Below, piece after piece: positions 12,597 through 26,000 of a stretch of 64,000 nucleotides of DNA. The notes below the pieces were generated by a model. That model was not told the origin of the DNA. It saw only the letters and a list, made by a program, of their open reading frames with translations, and searched no databases. Source of the stretch: Macrostomum lignano (taxonomy: Eukaryota); NCBI GenBank assembly GCA_002269645.1, contig NIVC01000085.1, positions 1-64,000 on the forward strand. Direction: 5' to 3'. Numbering within the stretch: the stretch's first letter is position 1; each line of letters opens with the position of its first letter. The position numbers and the translations under genes are program-made.

Positions 12597-15500
12597 ATGT
12601 CTTTAAAAACCAGGCGAATATTCAAGCGACTAACATTCAACACGAGATTTTCCCTGTGGTCGCTGGTGATCCTGTCCATTGCTTGTCTGTCCTGCACTGC
12701 CACCATTCTCTGGTTCTTTAACCACGCACTGCCGTCGGACTATATGCAGTATGCAGAGGCGCTGGAAGAAGAACATTTTAACGCCATAATCAATAGGTAA
12801 GCTTGAATTTTGCTGCTAGCATCTTTTAAATATGTTTCTTAAATATTGCAGCTCATGAATGGAATAACACAATTCGTCTTAACAGCTTGCCACCAAAGAC
12901 AGAAGAATTCAGTAAGCGAAATTGTCAGTCCCCGAACCTGCCGTTGGAAACAAAGTTCATCCACGATCACCGGCCCGTCCCGATGCCGGCTGACTTCTGC
13001 TCGAAGGCGGGCGGCAGTGCCGAAAATTGGTTGAGAGTGTCCGAGTCCAGGGTCTACCTAAAGCCGAAGTTCTCTGGCAGCAGCTGCACCGCGGAGCCCG
13101 TCGTGTGGCTGGACGACCAGTCGAGTGAGTTCGGCAGCGCCAGGCCGCTCCGCAGCGGAGACGAGCTGCCCAGTCTGGGATTCCGAGCTTCCTGTCAGTC
13201 GCCAGACCGCACCAGCCGCCACAGCTCCGTCTACTACGGAGTGAAGCGAGCGACGTCATCTGCAGCCGGCAGTCGCGGGGGGTCGCCGACCGACAGCTCG
13301 GAGCTCGGCAACGTCATCATGCTGGGCCTGGACTCGCTGTCCCGACTCGAGAGCTTGCGGTCGCTGCCCCGAGCCAGCCGCATCATGCAGGACCGCCTTG
13401 GCGCCATCACCCTGCAGCAGTACAACATCATGGGAGACGGCACTCCCGCCGCTCTGCTGCCCATCCTGACGGGGGTTCGGGAGGCCGACATGCCCGAGTC
13501 TCGGAAGGGCTTCGCTGGAGCTCGATTTCTGGACGACTCGCTTCGGTGGATCTTCCAGGACCTGCGGGACCGGGGCTTCGTCACTCTGTACGGGGAGGAG
13601 CAGTCTGCATACGGTGAGAGCGCGTTTTTTGAGTTGTCAGCTTGAGGTCTGAAGCATTCGCCCTGAACAAGTGAAATGACAACCAAATCTTCCGACTTGT
13701 GACAAGTGGGCATCAATGAATTGAACACGAACTGCATCGCCTAGTTTAAATGACAGTGAATTCTGACTTTCTTATAACAATTCATAGAGTTATTTCGCCT
13801 GGATGTTGACTGTAATTTTGCACCCTCAGGATTAGATTTCAGGGTACCTTTTTGTGCAGAGAAACGAAACTCGCGCCTAAGATATTGCAACGTGCCTGGT
13901 GTCTCATTACAAGCTCTCTAAAATAAGCTGTGTAGGGTGGTCTGAATAAAGAGCGCAAATTATAAGACTCAACAGTCAAAAGAGTGCATTGGAATAAGCG
14001 CGCAGTCACAAAAGCGTTGGTGTATATGTAATGCATTTAGTCACACAACCACATGCTGTTATGCTACATAAACCTCTTGTTTACCTATGGGTTCGTGCCC
14101 TAAGCAAAGTACTGTTAAGAACAGTGAACTCTGTCTATGACACTCAGACTATCAAATTTATTCACCATTCTGAATAGGCGACGGCTAAAAAGTGTGAGGT
14201 TCGACTCTCGACCCACTCAGAGCAATGTGTGTCCTTGAGCAAGACACTTAACTCTGCATTGCTTCAGTTTCCTCAGCTGTAAAATGGGTGCCAGCATAAG
14301 ATGACGTAATTATTGAGGGTGCGTGCATGGGGCCACCCCCAATCCTTGCATCTGACGTAATAGCTCTTTTTAAAAGCGAATTTTATAACTGATTTTTTAC
14401 TATCGGTTTTGTGAAGCGCCTCAATTACGAGTATAATCGGAAACAAATATTGGAACCGGAGGAAACAAGAGGCAACCATTTCCCCCCCTGACCCAGGTGG
14501 AGAGAACGAATCGGAGATCTTACATGTACCAAATTTGAAACTTAAAAGATGTCTGGTAGACTAGAATAAAAAAATTCTTTAACATGCGCAAATTCTTTGA
14601 ACTAGTTGAAGACGCTCTGCGCCAAGTGTGCCTTTGCAAATTAATTCAACACAAGTATAGTGCTACACTTAGCTTGAAAACTTAACTTGCGTTCGACAAC
14701 ATATATCTAATGAAAAATATAAATTGTATGCATTTACCCTACGTCATAAACTAGCCAGCCAGTAGAATAAACATTGCAAAAAGCGGGATCTATTTTAGCG
14801 ATTGAGAGCCCAGTAGGTCACTCACTGGTAACCGGCTTAAGCTCAGGGTTAATTTGTGGCTTCGTTGGTTTCTTTGTCTTAAAAAATCGATCAGTTTTAC
14901 GAGCTACTATTTTTCGTTAGTTTATTTGCAGAGGGTGGCTCAGCCAACTAATCCGCACTAGTGTAAAACAGAAACGCAATTCATAGACGCCTTGTCCACA
15001 TTACTAGCAAACAATTCAACCATTGCGGGATCTAATGACTTAGTATAAACACAAATCGCATCTGACTGGGGTGTATGGGTCAGTAAGCTAACAATACAGC
15101 AAAGATAGAAAACCACGCCCATAACAAAGACATGACAGCGAATGCTTAACAACGAATTTTCGCATTTTCACAACAAAGGGCGCGAAGATCTGCTTTGTTA
15201 TTTTTTACAGGCGGCGTCTGGACCTAGAGTAGTCTGTAAAAATTGGAGTCTGCAGGCTTCTGCCACTTTTATGACTCAGAGAGGCTCAGCAATGCAATTG
15301 CTTTTGAACTCCAACTTATGACAAATGGCACTGCAATTATAGCGCTAAAAGATTACCCAGCGGTTCACCATCCTCACAAACAGCAAAACTTTACTCTGCA
15401 GCTGCTCTAGAACTCCCTGTCTCCGAGTAGAAGTTCTTGGCTTAGTCCTTCAGTCGATCCTCTGTACTCTGTACAAGCCATTCGGTCCTTGAACTCCCCT

Positions 15501-17008
15501 GGACTTCAGTGGGTAGCAAGAAGTTCTAGGCCTCTAGCAGTAAAGGAGGCTTTAGTAAAGTAATTAGCGACTTGCAGAGACATTTCTTGACCTACCCACT
15601 GTTCGTTTCTGGCGTGATTTTTGCCTAATAACTATTGGTTGAGCTTTGCTTACCACTCGTTTCACCTTGCAGCGAAGTCCTCATTCTGTTGCTAGTGAGT
15701 TAGTCAGGATTGAGTTATTTCACTTGCTCCGTTGCTGGTCTTGACATGGAATTTACTCGTAATATCGTAAATTTTCAGGCACTTTCCAGCTGCGGTTTCA
15801 CGGCTTCAGACGCGAGCCCACGGATTTCTACCTGAGACCGGCGCTGCTGCAGCAGGAGCGGCTGCAGACCAACGCCATCTGCATCGGAGACGAGATCGCC
15901 AGCGCCAGAATGCTCTCAACCGTCAAGGACCTCTTCACCTTGTACCCGGACAGGCCCAAGTTCGCCTTCACCTTTTTCAGCTCTTTGTCGCACGAGAATC
16001 AAGACCTGTCTCCCATGGACGCTGAGCTCGTCAAGTTCCTGGATTGGTTCGAGGCCGCCAACCTCAGCAGCAACACCAGCATCATTCTGATGTCGGACCA
16101 CGGCCAGCGGCACGGACCGCTGAGGAACTCCATGCAGGGCAAGCTGGAGGAGTCGCTACCGCTCATGAGCATCGCGCTGAGCAGGCAGCTGATGAGCCGC
16201 AAGAAAGATGCGGCAGAGATGCTGAGGACCAATGCAAATAGACTCACAACGCCTGTCGACATTCACAGGACTCTGTTGAACTTATCTGGACTCAGAGACT
16301 CTACCACGCTCGCAGCGGGTGGCGCCAGCCTCACATCGTACTCACTGATCGATGAGGCCGTTCCGGAGACTCGCAGCTGCTCAGATGCGGGCATTCCGAC
16401 TCACTGGTGCTCGTGTCTGCGGCTGAAGAAGATTCAAGAGCCGAGCTCGAACGAGCTGGCCGTGAGAGCCGCTCGGTTTGCAGTGAACCAGATGAACTCG
16501 GCCACTGAGCCGTTCCGACACCTGTGCCATGAGCTGCAGCTGGGGAATGTCACGGAGGCCGATGTCAGCTTGGTGAGTGACCGCTCGAGTCTTCCTGAGA
16601 CATATTTTTTGTGCACCAGCCCGAAATGGACGAGCACAGATTCGAACAACCCCCGAGCTACTCCCCCCCCCCTCTGCGACGCCGCAGGCAAGCGAGGATC
16701 TGGCTCGCCGCGAGCGCCACGTCAGCTGGCGCTACGTGGCCTACAACGCGGAGAACTCGGCGCTGCTCGCTGCCGGCTACCTGACGCTCCGCCTCGTCAC
16801 AGAGCCGAACGGAGGCCTATTTGAGGCGTCGGTGCAGTTCGGCCTGCAGCGATCGCGTTTCGGCAATCCTCTGCTGCTGCTGTCCTCCACTTCGGAGGCC
16901 TCCCGCATCAACCGGTACGGCAGTCAGGCTCACTGCGTCACTGAGGTCGCGCCTCACCTGCGAAAGTTTTGCCTGTGCCGTACTGGCGTCAGTGACAGTC
17001 CTTCATGA
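12597..17008 (+). CDS. DUF229-family (alkaline phosphatase/sulfatase superfamily) type II membrane protein, copy A. Exons 12597-12796, 12886-13613, 15779-16572, 16688-17008; 680 aa
   Basis: GT-AG junctions join in frame (phases 2,1,0; 2043 nt). N-terminal TM helix (FSLWSLVILSIACLSCTATILWFF). DUF229 motifs: LGLDSLSR, GTFQLRFHGF...PTDFYLRP, ILMSDHG, GKLEESLP, LTTPVDIH.TL, RSC.DAGIP.HWC.C, SRINRYG..A.C...LRKFC.C. Confidence 0.88.
14175..14300 (+). mobile_element. tRNA-derived SINE with CORE-like domain, in intron 2 of DUF229 copy A
   Basis: B-box GGTTCGACTC at 14198-14207, followed by GTGTCCTTGAGCAAGACACTTAACTCTGCATTGCTTCAGTTTCCTCAGCTGTAAAATGGG, which closely resembles the MIR/CORE consensus (GACCTTGGGCAAGTTACTTAACCTCTCTGTGCCTCAGTTTCCTCATCTGTAAAATGGG). 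Confidence 0.7.
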
Positions 17009-18049
17009 GTCGCATCTAGGCGACGGGTAATTTACAAAACTTGAACTGTGCAATGGATTCCTAATGTTAGCGCTCGTTTTGAAGCAAAAATTGTTTTAAG
17101 GTGGATAAAAATTGTGCAAAATACATGCGAGAGCGTAGGCTTGCTGGCTCCAGGGTTAGGTTGGGTTTACGATAGATTTTCGGTTAGGTTCAAAGATTGC
17201 CTGTACACTTTGCGATCCCAAGCAGTGCCAATGCGAGAATGCTTAAAATATTCGTTCCCTGACCGACCATCTGTCAGAGTTCAGTAGCCTTAGACGCTCA
17301 CTCACCCAGCCTGTGTCTGTGCTCATTTATATGCCTGTCCGTCTCCATGTCCAAAGGCGGTGTGCTCAAAATGCAAAACTACAGAGCTGGAGCCTGTGCT
17401 TGCTAACGGTATAGGCAAGTCAATTGCTTGGCTCACCCAAAATGAAGATCCACGCCTTTCAGCAACAGAATTATTTAGCTGGAAATGGTGTAAACTAATA
17501 GTCAGTCCATCGTTCTCGATGGTGCAACTATTAGAGAGTCGCACGAGGCCACTCGGTCATTATTTTCACGGCATCGAGTTTCTGCGAATTCGAGTCTCAA
17601 TTGCTTCTCAAATAGGTAGCGACACATTTAGGTTTTTTATACTTTGCTTTTGCTTGAAGGCCCATGAAGACCCAAAATTTGAGCATTTCAGGTATAAATT
17701 CTCCTACTTCAATTCCAATCTTACAGTCATCATCTCAGTTAAAGAAAATTCTTATTTCAATCCAATGTATTCCACCTAATTCGAGAGGCGAATTCTGAAC
17801 CAGGATTTTTATTCTATCCTTAATACATTTTCAAACACTTTTTACTGTAAGTATTTATTTAGTAGCTCGTATCGTTGAGTGTCCCTATGAAAAAATGAAT
17901 GTGCTGCATTCATGAATTATAAATACACTTTACTCATTTGGCACTTCAGTAGGAGTTTAAAAAGTGAATGCATTTCAGGTTAACCTTTGTTACAATAATT
18001 TAATTAAAGTGTAGTGCGCACAACGACTGCTTAAGCAAACTTTGTCCCG

Positions 18050-21000
18050 GCAATTACCCCCGTGAGCATTGGTATCTCAGCAATTCCCCGTGAGCATTGG
18101 TATCTCAGCAATTCCCCGTGAGCATTGGTATCTCAGCAATTCCCCGTGAGCATTGGTATCTCAGCAATTCCCCGTGAGCATTGGTATCTCAGCAATTCCC
18201 CCTGCGAGACTTGGCATCTCAGCGATTCCCCGTGAGCATTGGTATCTCAGCAATTACCCCTGTGAGACTTGGTATCTCAGCAATTCCCCCTGTAAGACTT
18301 AGCATCTCAGCAATTCCCCGTGAGCATTGGTATCTCAGCAATTACCCCCGTGAGACTTGGCATCTCAGCGATTCCCCGTGAGCATTGGTATCTCAGCAAT
18401 TCCCCCTGTAAGACTTAGCATCTCAGCAATTCCCCGTGAGCATTGGTATCTCAGCAATTACCCCCGTGAGACTTGGCATCTCAGCGATTCCCCGTGAGCA
18501 TTGGTATCTCAGCAATTCCCCCTGTAAGACTTAGCATCTCAGCAATTCCCCGTGAGCATTGGTATCTCAGCAATTACCCCCGTGAGACTTGGCATCTCAG
18601 CGATTCCCCGTGAGCATTGGTATCTCAGCAATTCCCCCTGTAAGACTTAGCATCTCAGCAATTCCCCGTGAGCATTGGTATCTCAGCAATTACCCCCGTG
18701 AGACTTGGCATCTCAGCGATTCCCCGTGAGCATTGGTATCTCAGCAATTCCCCCTGTAAGACTTAGCATCTCAGCAATTCCCCGTGAGCATTGGTATCTC
18801 AGCAATTACCCCCGTGAGACTTGGCATCTCAGCGATTCCCCGTGAGCATTGGTATCTCAGCAATTCCCCGTGAGCATTGGTATCTCAGCAATTCCCCCTG
18901 CGAGACTTGGCATCTCAGCGATTCCCCGTGAGCATTGGTATCTCAGCAATTCCCCCTGTAAGACTTAGCATCTCAGCAATTCCCCGTGAGCATTGGTATC
19001 TCAGCAATTACCCCCTGTAAGACTTAGCATCTCAGCAATTCCCCGTGAGCATTGGTATCTCAGCAATTCCCCGTGAGCATTGGTATCTCAGCAATTCCCC
19101 GTGAGCATTGGTATCTCAGCAATTCCCCCTGCGAGACTTGGCATCTCAGCGATTCCCCGTGAGCATTGGTATCTCAGCAATTCCCCCTGTAAGACTTAGC
19201 ATCTCAGCAATTCCCCGTGAGCATTGGTATCTCAGCAATTACCCCCTGTAAGACTTAGCATCTCAGCAATTCCCCGTGAGCATTGGTATCTCAGCAATTC
19301 CCCGTGAGCATTGGTATCTCAGCAATTCCCCGTGAGCATTGGTATCTCAGCAATTCCCCGTGAGCATTGGTATCTCAGCAATTCCCCCTGCGAGACTTGG
19401 CATCTCAGCGATTCCCCGTGAGCATTGGTATCTCAGCAATTACCCCTGTGAGACTTGGTATCTCAGCAATTCCCCCTGTAAGACTTAGCATCTCAGCAAT
19501 TCCCCGTGAGCATTGGTATCTCAGCAATTACCCCCGTGAGACTTGGCATCTCAGCGATTCCCCGTGAGCATTGGTATCTCAGCAATTCCCCCTGTAAGAC
19601 TTAGCATCTCAGCAATTCCCCGTGAGCATTGGTATCTCAGCAATTACCCCCGTGAGACTTGGCATCTCAGCGATTCCCCGTGAGCATTGGTATCTCAGCA
19701 ATTCCCCCTGTAAGACTTAGCATCTCAGCAATTCCCCGTGAGCATTGGTATCTCAGCAATTACCCCCGTGAGACTTGGCATCTCAGCGATTCCCCGTGAG
19801 CATTGGTATCTCAGCAATTCCCCCTGTAAGACTTAGCATCTCAGCAATTCCCCGTGAGCATTGGTATCTCAGCAATTACCCCCGTGAGACTTGGCATCTC
19901 AGCGATTCCCCGTGAGCATTGGTATCTCAGCAATTCCCCCTGTAAGACTTAGCATCTCAGCAATTCCCCGTGAGCATTGGTATCTCAGCAATTACCCCCG
20001 TGAGACTTGGCATCTCAGCGATTCCCCGTGAGCATTGGTATCTCAGCAATTCCCCCTGTAAGACTTAGCATCTCAGCAATTCCCCGTGAGCATTGGTATC
20101 TCAGCAATTACCCCCGTGAGACTTGGCATCTCAGCGATTCCCCGTGAGCATTGGTATCTCAGCAATTACCCCCGTGAGCATTGGTATCTCAGCAATTACC
20201 CCCGTGAGCATTGGTATCTCAGCAATTCCCCCCTGTGAGACTTGGCATCTCAGCGATTCCCACTGTAAGACTTAGCATCTCAGCAATTCCCCGTGAGCAT
20301 TGGTATCTCAGCAATTACCCCCGTGAGACTTGGCATCTCAGCGATTCCCCGTGAGCATTGGTATCTCAGCAATTACCCCCGTGAGCATTGGTATCTCAGC
20401 AATTACCCCCGTGAGCATTGGTATCTCAGCAATTACCCCCGTGAGCATTGGTATCTCAGCAATTCCCCCCTGTGAGACTTGGCATCTCAGCGATTCCCAC
20501 TGTAAGACTTAGCATCTCAGCAATTCCCCGTGAGCATTGGTATCTCAGCAATTCCCCCCTGTGAGACTTGGCATCTCAGCGATTCCCACTGTAAGACTTA
20601 GCATCTCAGCAATTCCCCGTGAGCATTGGTATCTCAGCAATTCCCCCCTGTGAGACTTGGCATCTCAGCGATTCCCACTGTAAGACTTAGCATCTCAGCA
20701 ATTCCCCGTGAGCATTGGTATCTCAGCAATTCCCCCTGCGAGACTTGGCATCTCAGCGATTCCCCGTGAGCATTGGTATCTCAGCAATTCCCCCCTGTGA
20801 GACTTGGCATCTCAGCGATTCCCACTGTAAGACTTAGCATCTCAGCAATTCCCCGTGAGCATTGGTATCTCAGCAATTCCCTCCTGTGAGCATTGGCATC
20901 TCAGCAATTACCGCCGTGAGCATTGGCATCTCAGCAATTCCCCGTGAGCAATGGCATCTCAGCGATTCTCCCTTGTGAGACTTGGCATCTCAGCGATTCC

Positions 21001-21333
21001 CCCCTGTTAGACTTGGCATCTCAGCAATTCCCCCCTGTTAGACTTGGCATCTCAGCAATTCCCCCCTGTTAGACTTGGCATCTCAGCAATTCCCCCCTGT
21101 TAGACTTGGCATCTCAGCAATTCCCCCCTGTTAGACTTGGCATCTCAGCAATTCCCCCCTGTTAGACTTGGCATCTCAGCAATTCCCCCTGTTAGACTTG
21201 GCATCTCAGCAATTCCCCCCTGTTAGACTTGGCATCTCAGCAATTCCCCCCTGTTAGACTTGGCATCTCAGCAATTCCCCCCTGTTAGACTTGGCATCTC
21301 AGCAATTCCCCCTGTGAGCCTTGGCATCTCAGC
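18050..21333. repeat. 28-31-bp minisatellite (GTGAGCATTGGTATCTCAGCAATTCCCC and variants) with 116-bp 4-unit higher-order repeat
   Basis: The GTAAGAC variant recurs at 18291, 18407 and 18523 (period 116). A larger block repeats at an offset of 1186 bp (18181/19367). Confidence 0.97.
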
Positions 21334-21807
21334 ATCTCTGCTCTTGTCAGTCAAGTTGAGAACTTTGGTACATAGACTAAAAATTCCTTGAAAGCATCGA
21401 ATTCCATGCACTAAATATCTGAATTATTATCAAAATGGCAAATAAAAGATCAAATTTCAAACCGATTGCAAAAAAGTTTTGTTTTGTTGAAACTTAACAA
21501 AAGATGTACTAGTATGATTTAATACGCGGATAATATATTAGATTCCGTGGACTAATTTGTAAAAAAATTATTGTATACATGATACTCGTATGACAAGCGA
21601 TTCGTCTGGTATGGGATAAGCAGCAGTTTCAGCTAACATATCTACATAATGATGCGACACTATTTTCTAATTTTCTACATACACTGTAGTCTGTCTAAAT
21701 AAAAATCGACAGCAGTTATTGGAAATGTTAATTCATTCGATAACCCTAGAGATTGCATCAGATTGCAGCGAGTTTCGCTAAGTCACGCCAGTTCTGGCTA
21801 ACACCGG

Positions 21808-22010
21808 AAGTGTGTCAGGTGTGTCACAAGTGTGTCAGGGACTCAACATGTGTGTCAGAGAGTCTACATGTGTGTCAGAGAGTCTGCAGGTGTGTCAGAG
21901 AGTCTGCAGGTGTGTCAGAGAGTCTGCAGGCGTGTCAGGGACTCAGCAGGTGCGTCAGAAAGTCTACAGGCGTGTCAAGAACTTAACAGGTATTAGAAGT
22001 GTCAGAGAGC
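21808..22010. repeat. 20-bp minisatellite GTGTGTCAGAGAGTCT(A/G)CAG, degenerate
   Basis: Tandem units just downstream of the stop of DUF229 copy B; same family as 23058-23404. Confidence 0.85.
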
Positions 22011-22065
22011 TCAAAGGTGCATCGGAGAGACTCAGCAGTTACCTTCAACGTCAGCCGCAGAGAAG

Positions 22066-22928
22066 TCAGGGCTCACAGAAGCAGAACTTTCTCAAGTGAG
22101 GCTGCATCTGTGCGATGCAGTCAGCCTGCCGGCCGTATCGATTGATGCGGGAGGGCTCGCTCACGTAGAGGAACTTCAGAATCCGACGACCCCCCGAGAA
22201 CCCGCTGTGCTGCTGCAAGCTGAACTGCACGGTGGCTTCGTACAGGCCGCTGCTGGGCTTTGCGAAGAGTCGCACCGTGATGTAGCCGGAGGCCACCAGG
22301 TCGCTGTTGGCCATGTTGTATGAAAAGTCCCGGCCCATTTGGCGCTCGCGCTTGGCCAAGTCTCCGCTGATCTGCAGTGTAACGGATTGGCGCTAATGCA
22401 GCCTGTCCTGCGTCTGCCTGTCTGCATCTACCTGTCTGCATCTACCTGTCTGCGTCTGTCTGTCTGCATCTACCTGTCTGCATCTACCTGTCTGCGTCTA
22501 CCTGTCTGCGTCTACCTGTCTGCATCTGCCTGTCTGCGTCTACCTGTCTGCATCTACCTGTCTGCATCTACCTGTCTGCATCTACCTGTCCTGCATCTGC
22601 CTGTCCTACATCTACCTGTTTGTCTTGGCCTGTCTGCATCTATCTGTCTGCCTGCCTGCCTGCCTACCTGCCAGCCTACCTACCTAACTACCTACCTACC
22701 TACTTGCTAGACTACCTACCTACCTACCTACCTACCTACCTACCTACCTACCTACCTACCTACCTACCTGCCAGACTACCTACCTAACTACCTGCCAGCC
22801 TACCTACCTATCTACCTACCTGCAAGCCTACCTACCTACCTACCTACCTACCTGTCTATCTTAGTGTCTGTCTTAGTGTCTGTCTGTCTGTCTTAGTGTC
22901 TGTCTGTCTGTCTGTCTGTCTGTCTTAG

Positions 22929-22960
<32 letters not shown>

Positions 22961-22968
22961 GGTCTTAG

Positions 22969-23001
<33 letters not shown>

Positions 23002-23022
23002 TAGTGTCTGTCTGTCTTAGTA

Positions 23023-23059
<37 letters not shown>

Positions 23060-26000
23060 AGAGTCTACAGGTGTGTGAGAGTGTCTGAAGGTGTGTCAGA
23101 GAGTCTACAGGTGTGTCAGAGAGTCTACAGGTGTGTCAGAGAGTCCACTGGTGTGTCAGAGAGTCTACATGTGTATGCGAGTGTCTAAAGGTGTGTCAGA
23201 GAGTCTACAGGTGTGTGAGAGTGTCTGAAGGTGTGTCAGAGAGTCTACAGGTGTGTGAGAGTGTCTGAAGGTGTGTCAGAGAGTCTACAGGTGTGTGAGA
23301 GTGTCTGAAGGTGTGTCAGAGAGTCTACAGGTGTGTGAGAGTGTCTGAAGGTGTGTCAGAGAGTCTACAGGTGTGTGAGAGTGTCTGAAGGTGTGTCAGA
23401 GAGTCAAGGACGCTTAAGCAACTAGTTGACATTCCAGTCTGTTGACATTATGACACCCCATCGACTGCACGATCTGCAGGTTCAGCGTCATGACCCATTC
23501 CACTATCAGTGACATCAATATAGCGCCTCATGTTTCAGGAAGACTCAAGCGGTCACTCACCAAGCTGACATCGGCCTCCGTGACATTCCCCAGCTGCAGC
23601 TCATGGCACAGGTGTCGGAACGGCTCAGTGGCCGAGTTCATCTGGTTCACTGCGAACCGAGCGGCTCTCACGGCCAGCTCGTTCGAGCTCGGCTCTTGAA
23701 TCTTCTTCAGCCGCAGACACGAGCACCAGTGAGTCGGAATGCCCGCATCTGAGCAGCTGCGAGTCTCCGGAACGGCCTCATCGATCAGCGAGTACGATGT
23801 GAGGCTGGCGCCACTCGCTGCCAGCGTGGTAGAGTCTCTGAGTCCAGATAAGTTCAACAGAGTCCTGTGAATGTCGACGGGCGTTGTGAGTCTATTTGCG
23901 TTGGTCCTCAGCATCTCTGCCGCAGCTTTCTTGCGGCTCATCAGCTGCCTGCTCAGCGCGATGCTCATGAGCGGTAGCGACTCCTCCAGCTTGCCCTGCA
24001 TGGAGTTCCTCAGCGGTCCGTGCCGCTGGCCGTGGTCCGACATCAGAATGATGCTGGTGTTGCTGCTGAGGTTGGCGGCCTCGAACCAATCCAGGAACTT
24101 GACGAGCTCAGCGTCCATGGGAGACAGGTCTTGATTCTCGTGCGACAAAGAGCTGAAGAAGGTGAAGGCGAACTTGGGCCTGTCTGGGTGCAGGGTGAAG
24201 AGGTCCTTGACGGCCAAGAGCATTCTGGCGCTGGCGATCTCGTCTCCGATGCAGATGGCGTTGGTCTGCAGCCGCTCCTGCTGCAGCAGCGCCGGTCTCA
24301 GGTAGAAATCCGTGGGCTGGCGTCTGAAGCCGTGAAACCTCAGCTGGAAAGTGCCTGAAAATTCGCGATGTTAAATTCCATGTCAAGACCAGCAACAGAG
24401 CATTAAAAAGTAAAATCACTGGATCATGCAGGGCTAAAGTAGTGGTAAGCACAGCTCATTTAATAGTTATTAGGCAAAAGTCCCACACTGGAAACCGGAC
24501 ACCGGAGTAAATCAAGAAGAGTCTCGGCAACTCACTACTCGTAATTACTCAGCTAAAGCCGTCTTGACTGCGAAAGCCTCTGGACAGAGAGGCCTAAAAT
24601 CTTTGCTTCCCACTGAAGTCCAGGGGAGTTGAAAGACAGAATGACATTATTGTACAGAGTGCAGAGGATCGACTGAAGGACTAAGCCAGGGAATCCGAGA
24701 CGGAGACAGAATGTGGAGCAGCAACAGAGCTCTGACTGGATCGACGTGAATTGTGTACTTTGGCGGTTTGCGAATGGTGATCGCTGGGTAATCTTTAAGC
24801 GTCAGAATTGCTCACCCATGAAGTTGCCCTCCTCTCCGTACAGAGTGACGAAGCCCCGGTCCCGCAGGTCCTCGAAGATCCACCGAAGCGAGTCGTCCAG
24901 AAATCGAGCTCCAGCGAAGCCCTTCCGAGACTCGGGCATGTCGGCCTCCCGAACCCCCGTCAGGATGGGCAGCAGGGCGGCGGGAGTGCCGTCTCCCATG
25001 ATGTTGTACTGCTGCAGGGTGATGGCGCCAAGGCGGTCCTGCATGATGCGGCTGGCTCGGGGCAGCGACCGCAAGCTCTCGAGTCGGGACAGCGAGTCCA
25101 GGCCCAGCATGATGACGTTGCCGAGCTCCGAGCTGTCGGTCGGCGACCCCCCGCGACTGCCGGCTGCAGACGACGTCGCTCGCTTCACTCCGTAGTAGAC
25201 GGAGCTGTGGCGGCTGGTGCGGTCTGGCGACTGGCAGGAAGCTCGGAATCCCAGGCTGGGCAGCTTGTCTCCGCTGCGGAGCGGCCTGGCGCTGCCGAAC
25301 TCGCTCGACTGGTCGTCCAGCCACACGACGGGCTCCGCGGTGCAGTTGGCCGACGAGTACTCCGGCCTGAGGTAGACCCTGGACTCGGACACTCTCAGCC
25401 AGTTCTTCGAGGTTCCACGCTGACAGACATCGGCGGGAATCGGTCGGGGTCTGTTGGCTCGGACGAGCTGGTTGGTGACTGGCAATTTGGGTGAAACACA
25501 CCGCTGCGACTTGTGAGTGAGCTCGGGCAGGCTGAAGGATATTCGATGACAATGATGAGGAGAGTGCGAATGTTCAATTTTAGTCAGCCTTCGATTTTAA
25601 CTCACCTGCTAACACAACGTACTCAATTATCGAGCCAGCTACCCAACAAAAGAATCCTGGTCTATTCAATTATCACCTAGCAACCAAATCAATCATCCAG
25701 CAACAAAAGTTACCTAGCAACTAAATCATTCATCTAGCAACCAAATCATTCATCTAGCAACCAAATCAATCATCTAGCAACCAAATGAATCACCTAGCAA
25801 CCAAATGAATCACCTAGCAACGAAATCAATCATCTAGCAACCAAATGAATCACCTAGCAACCAAATGAATCACCTAGCAACGAAATCAATCATCTAGCAA
25901 CCAAATGAATCACCTAGCAACCAAATGAATCACCTAGCAACCAAACCAATCAACTAGCAACGAAATCAATCATTTAGCAGCCAAATAAATCGCCTAGCAA

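Noticed and set aside
16573-16824. Apparent frameshift in DUF229 copy A at the poly-C run, and apparent premature stop in copy B (23528)
   Set aside because: Both are explained by a phase-0 intron starting at TTG|GTGAGT in each copy (16573-16687; 23560-22372). The spliced frames are intact.
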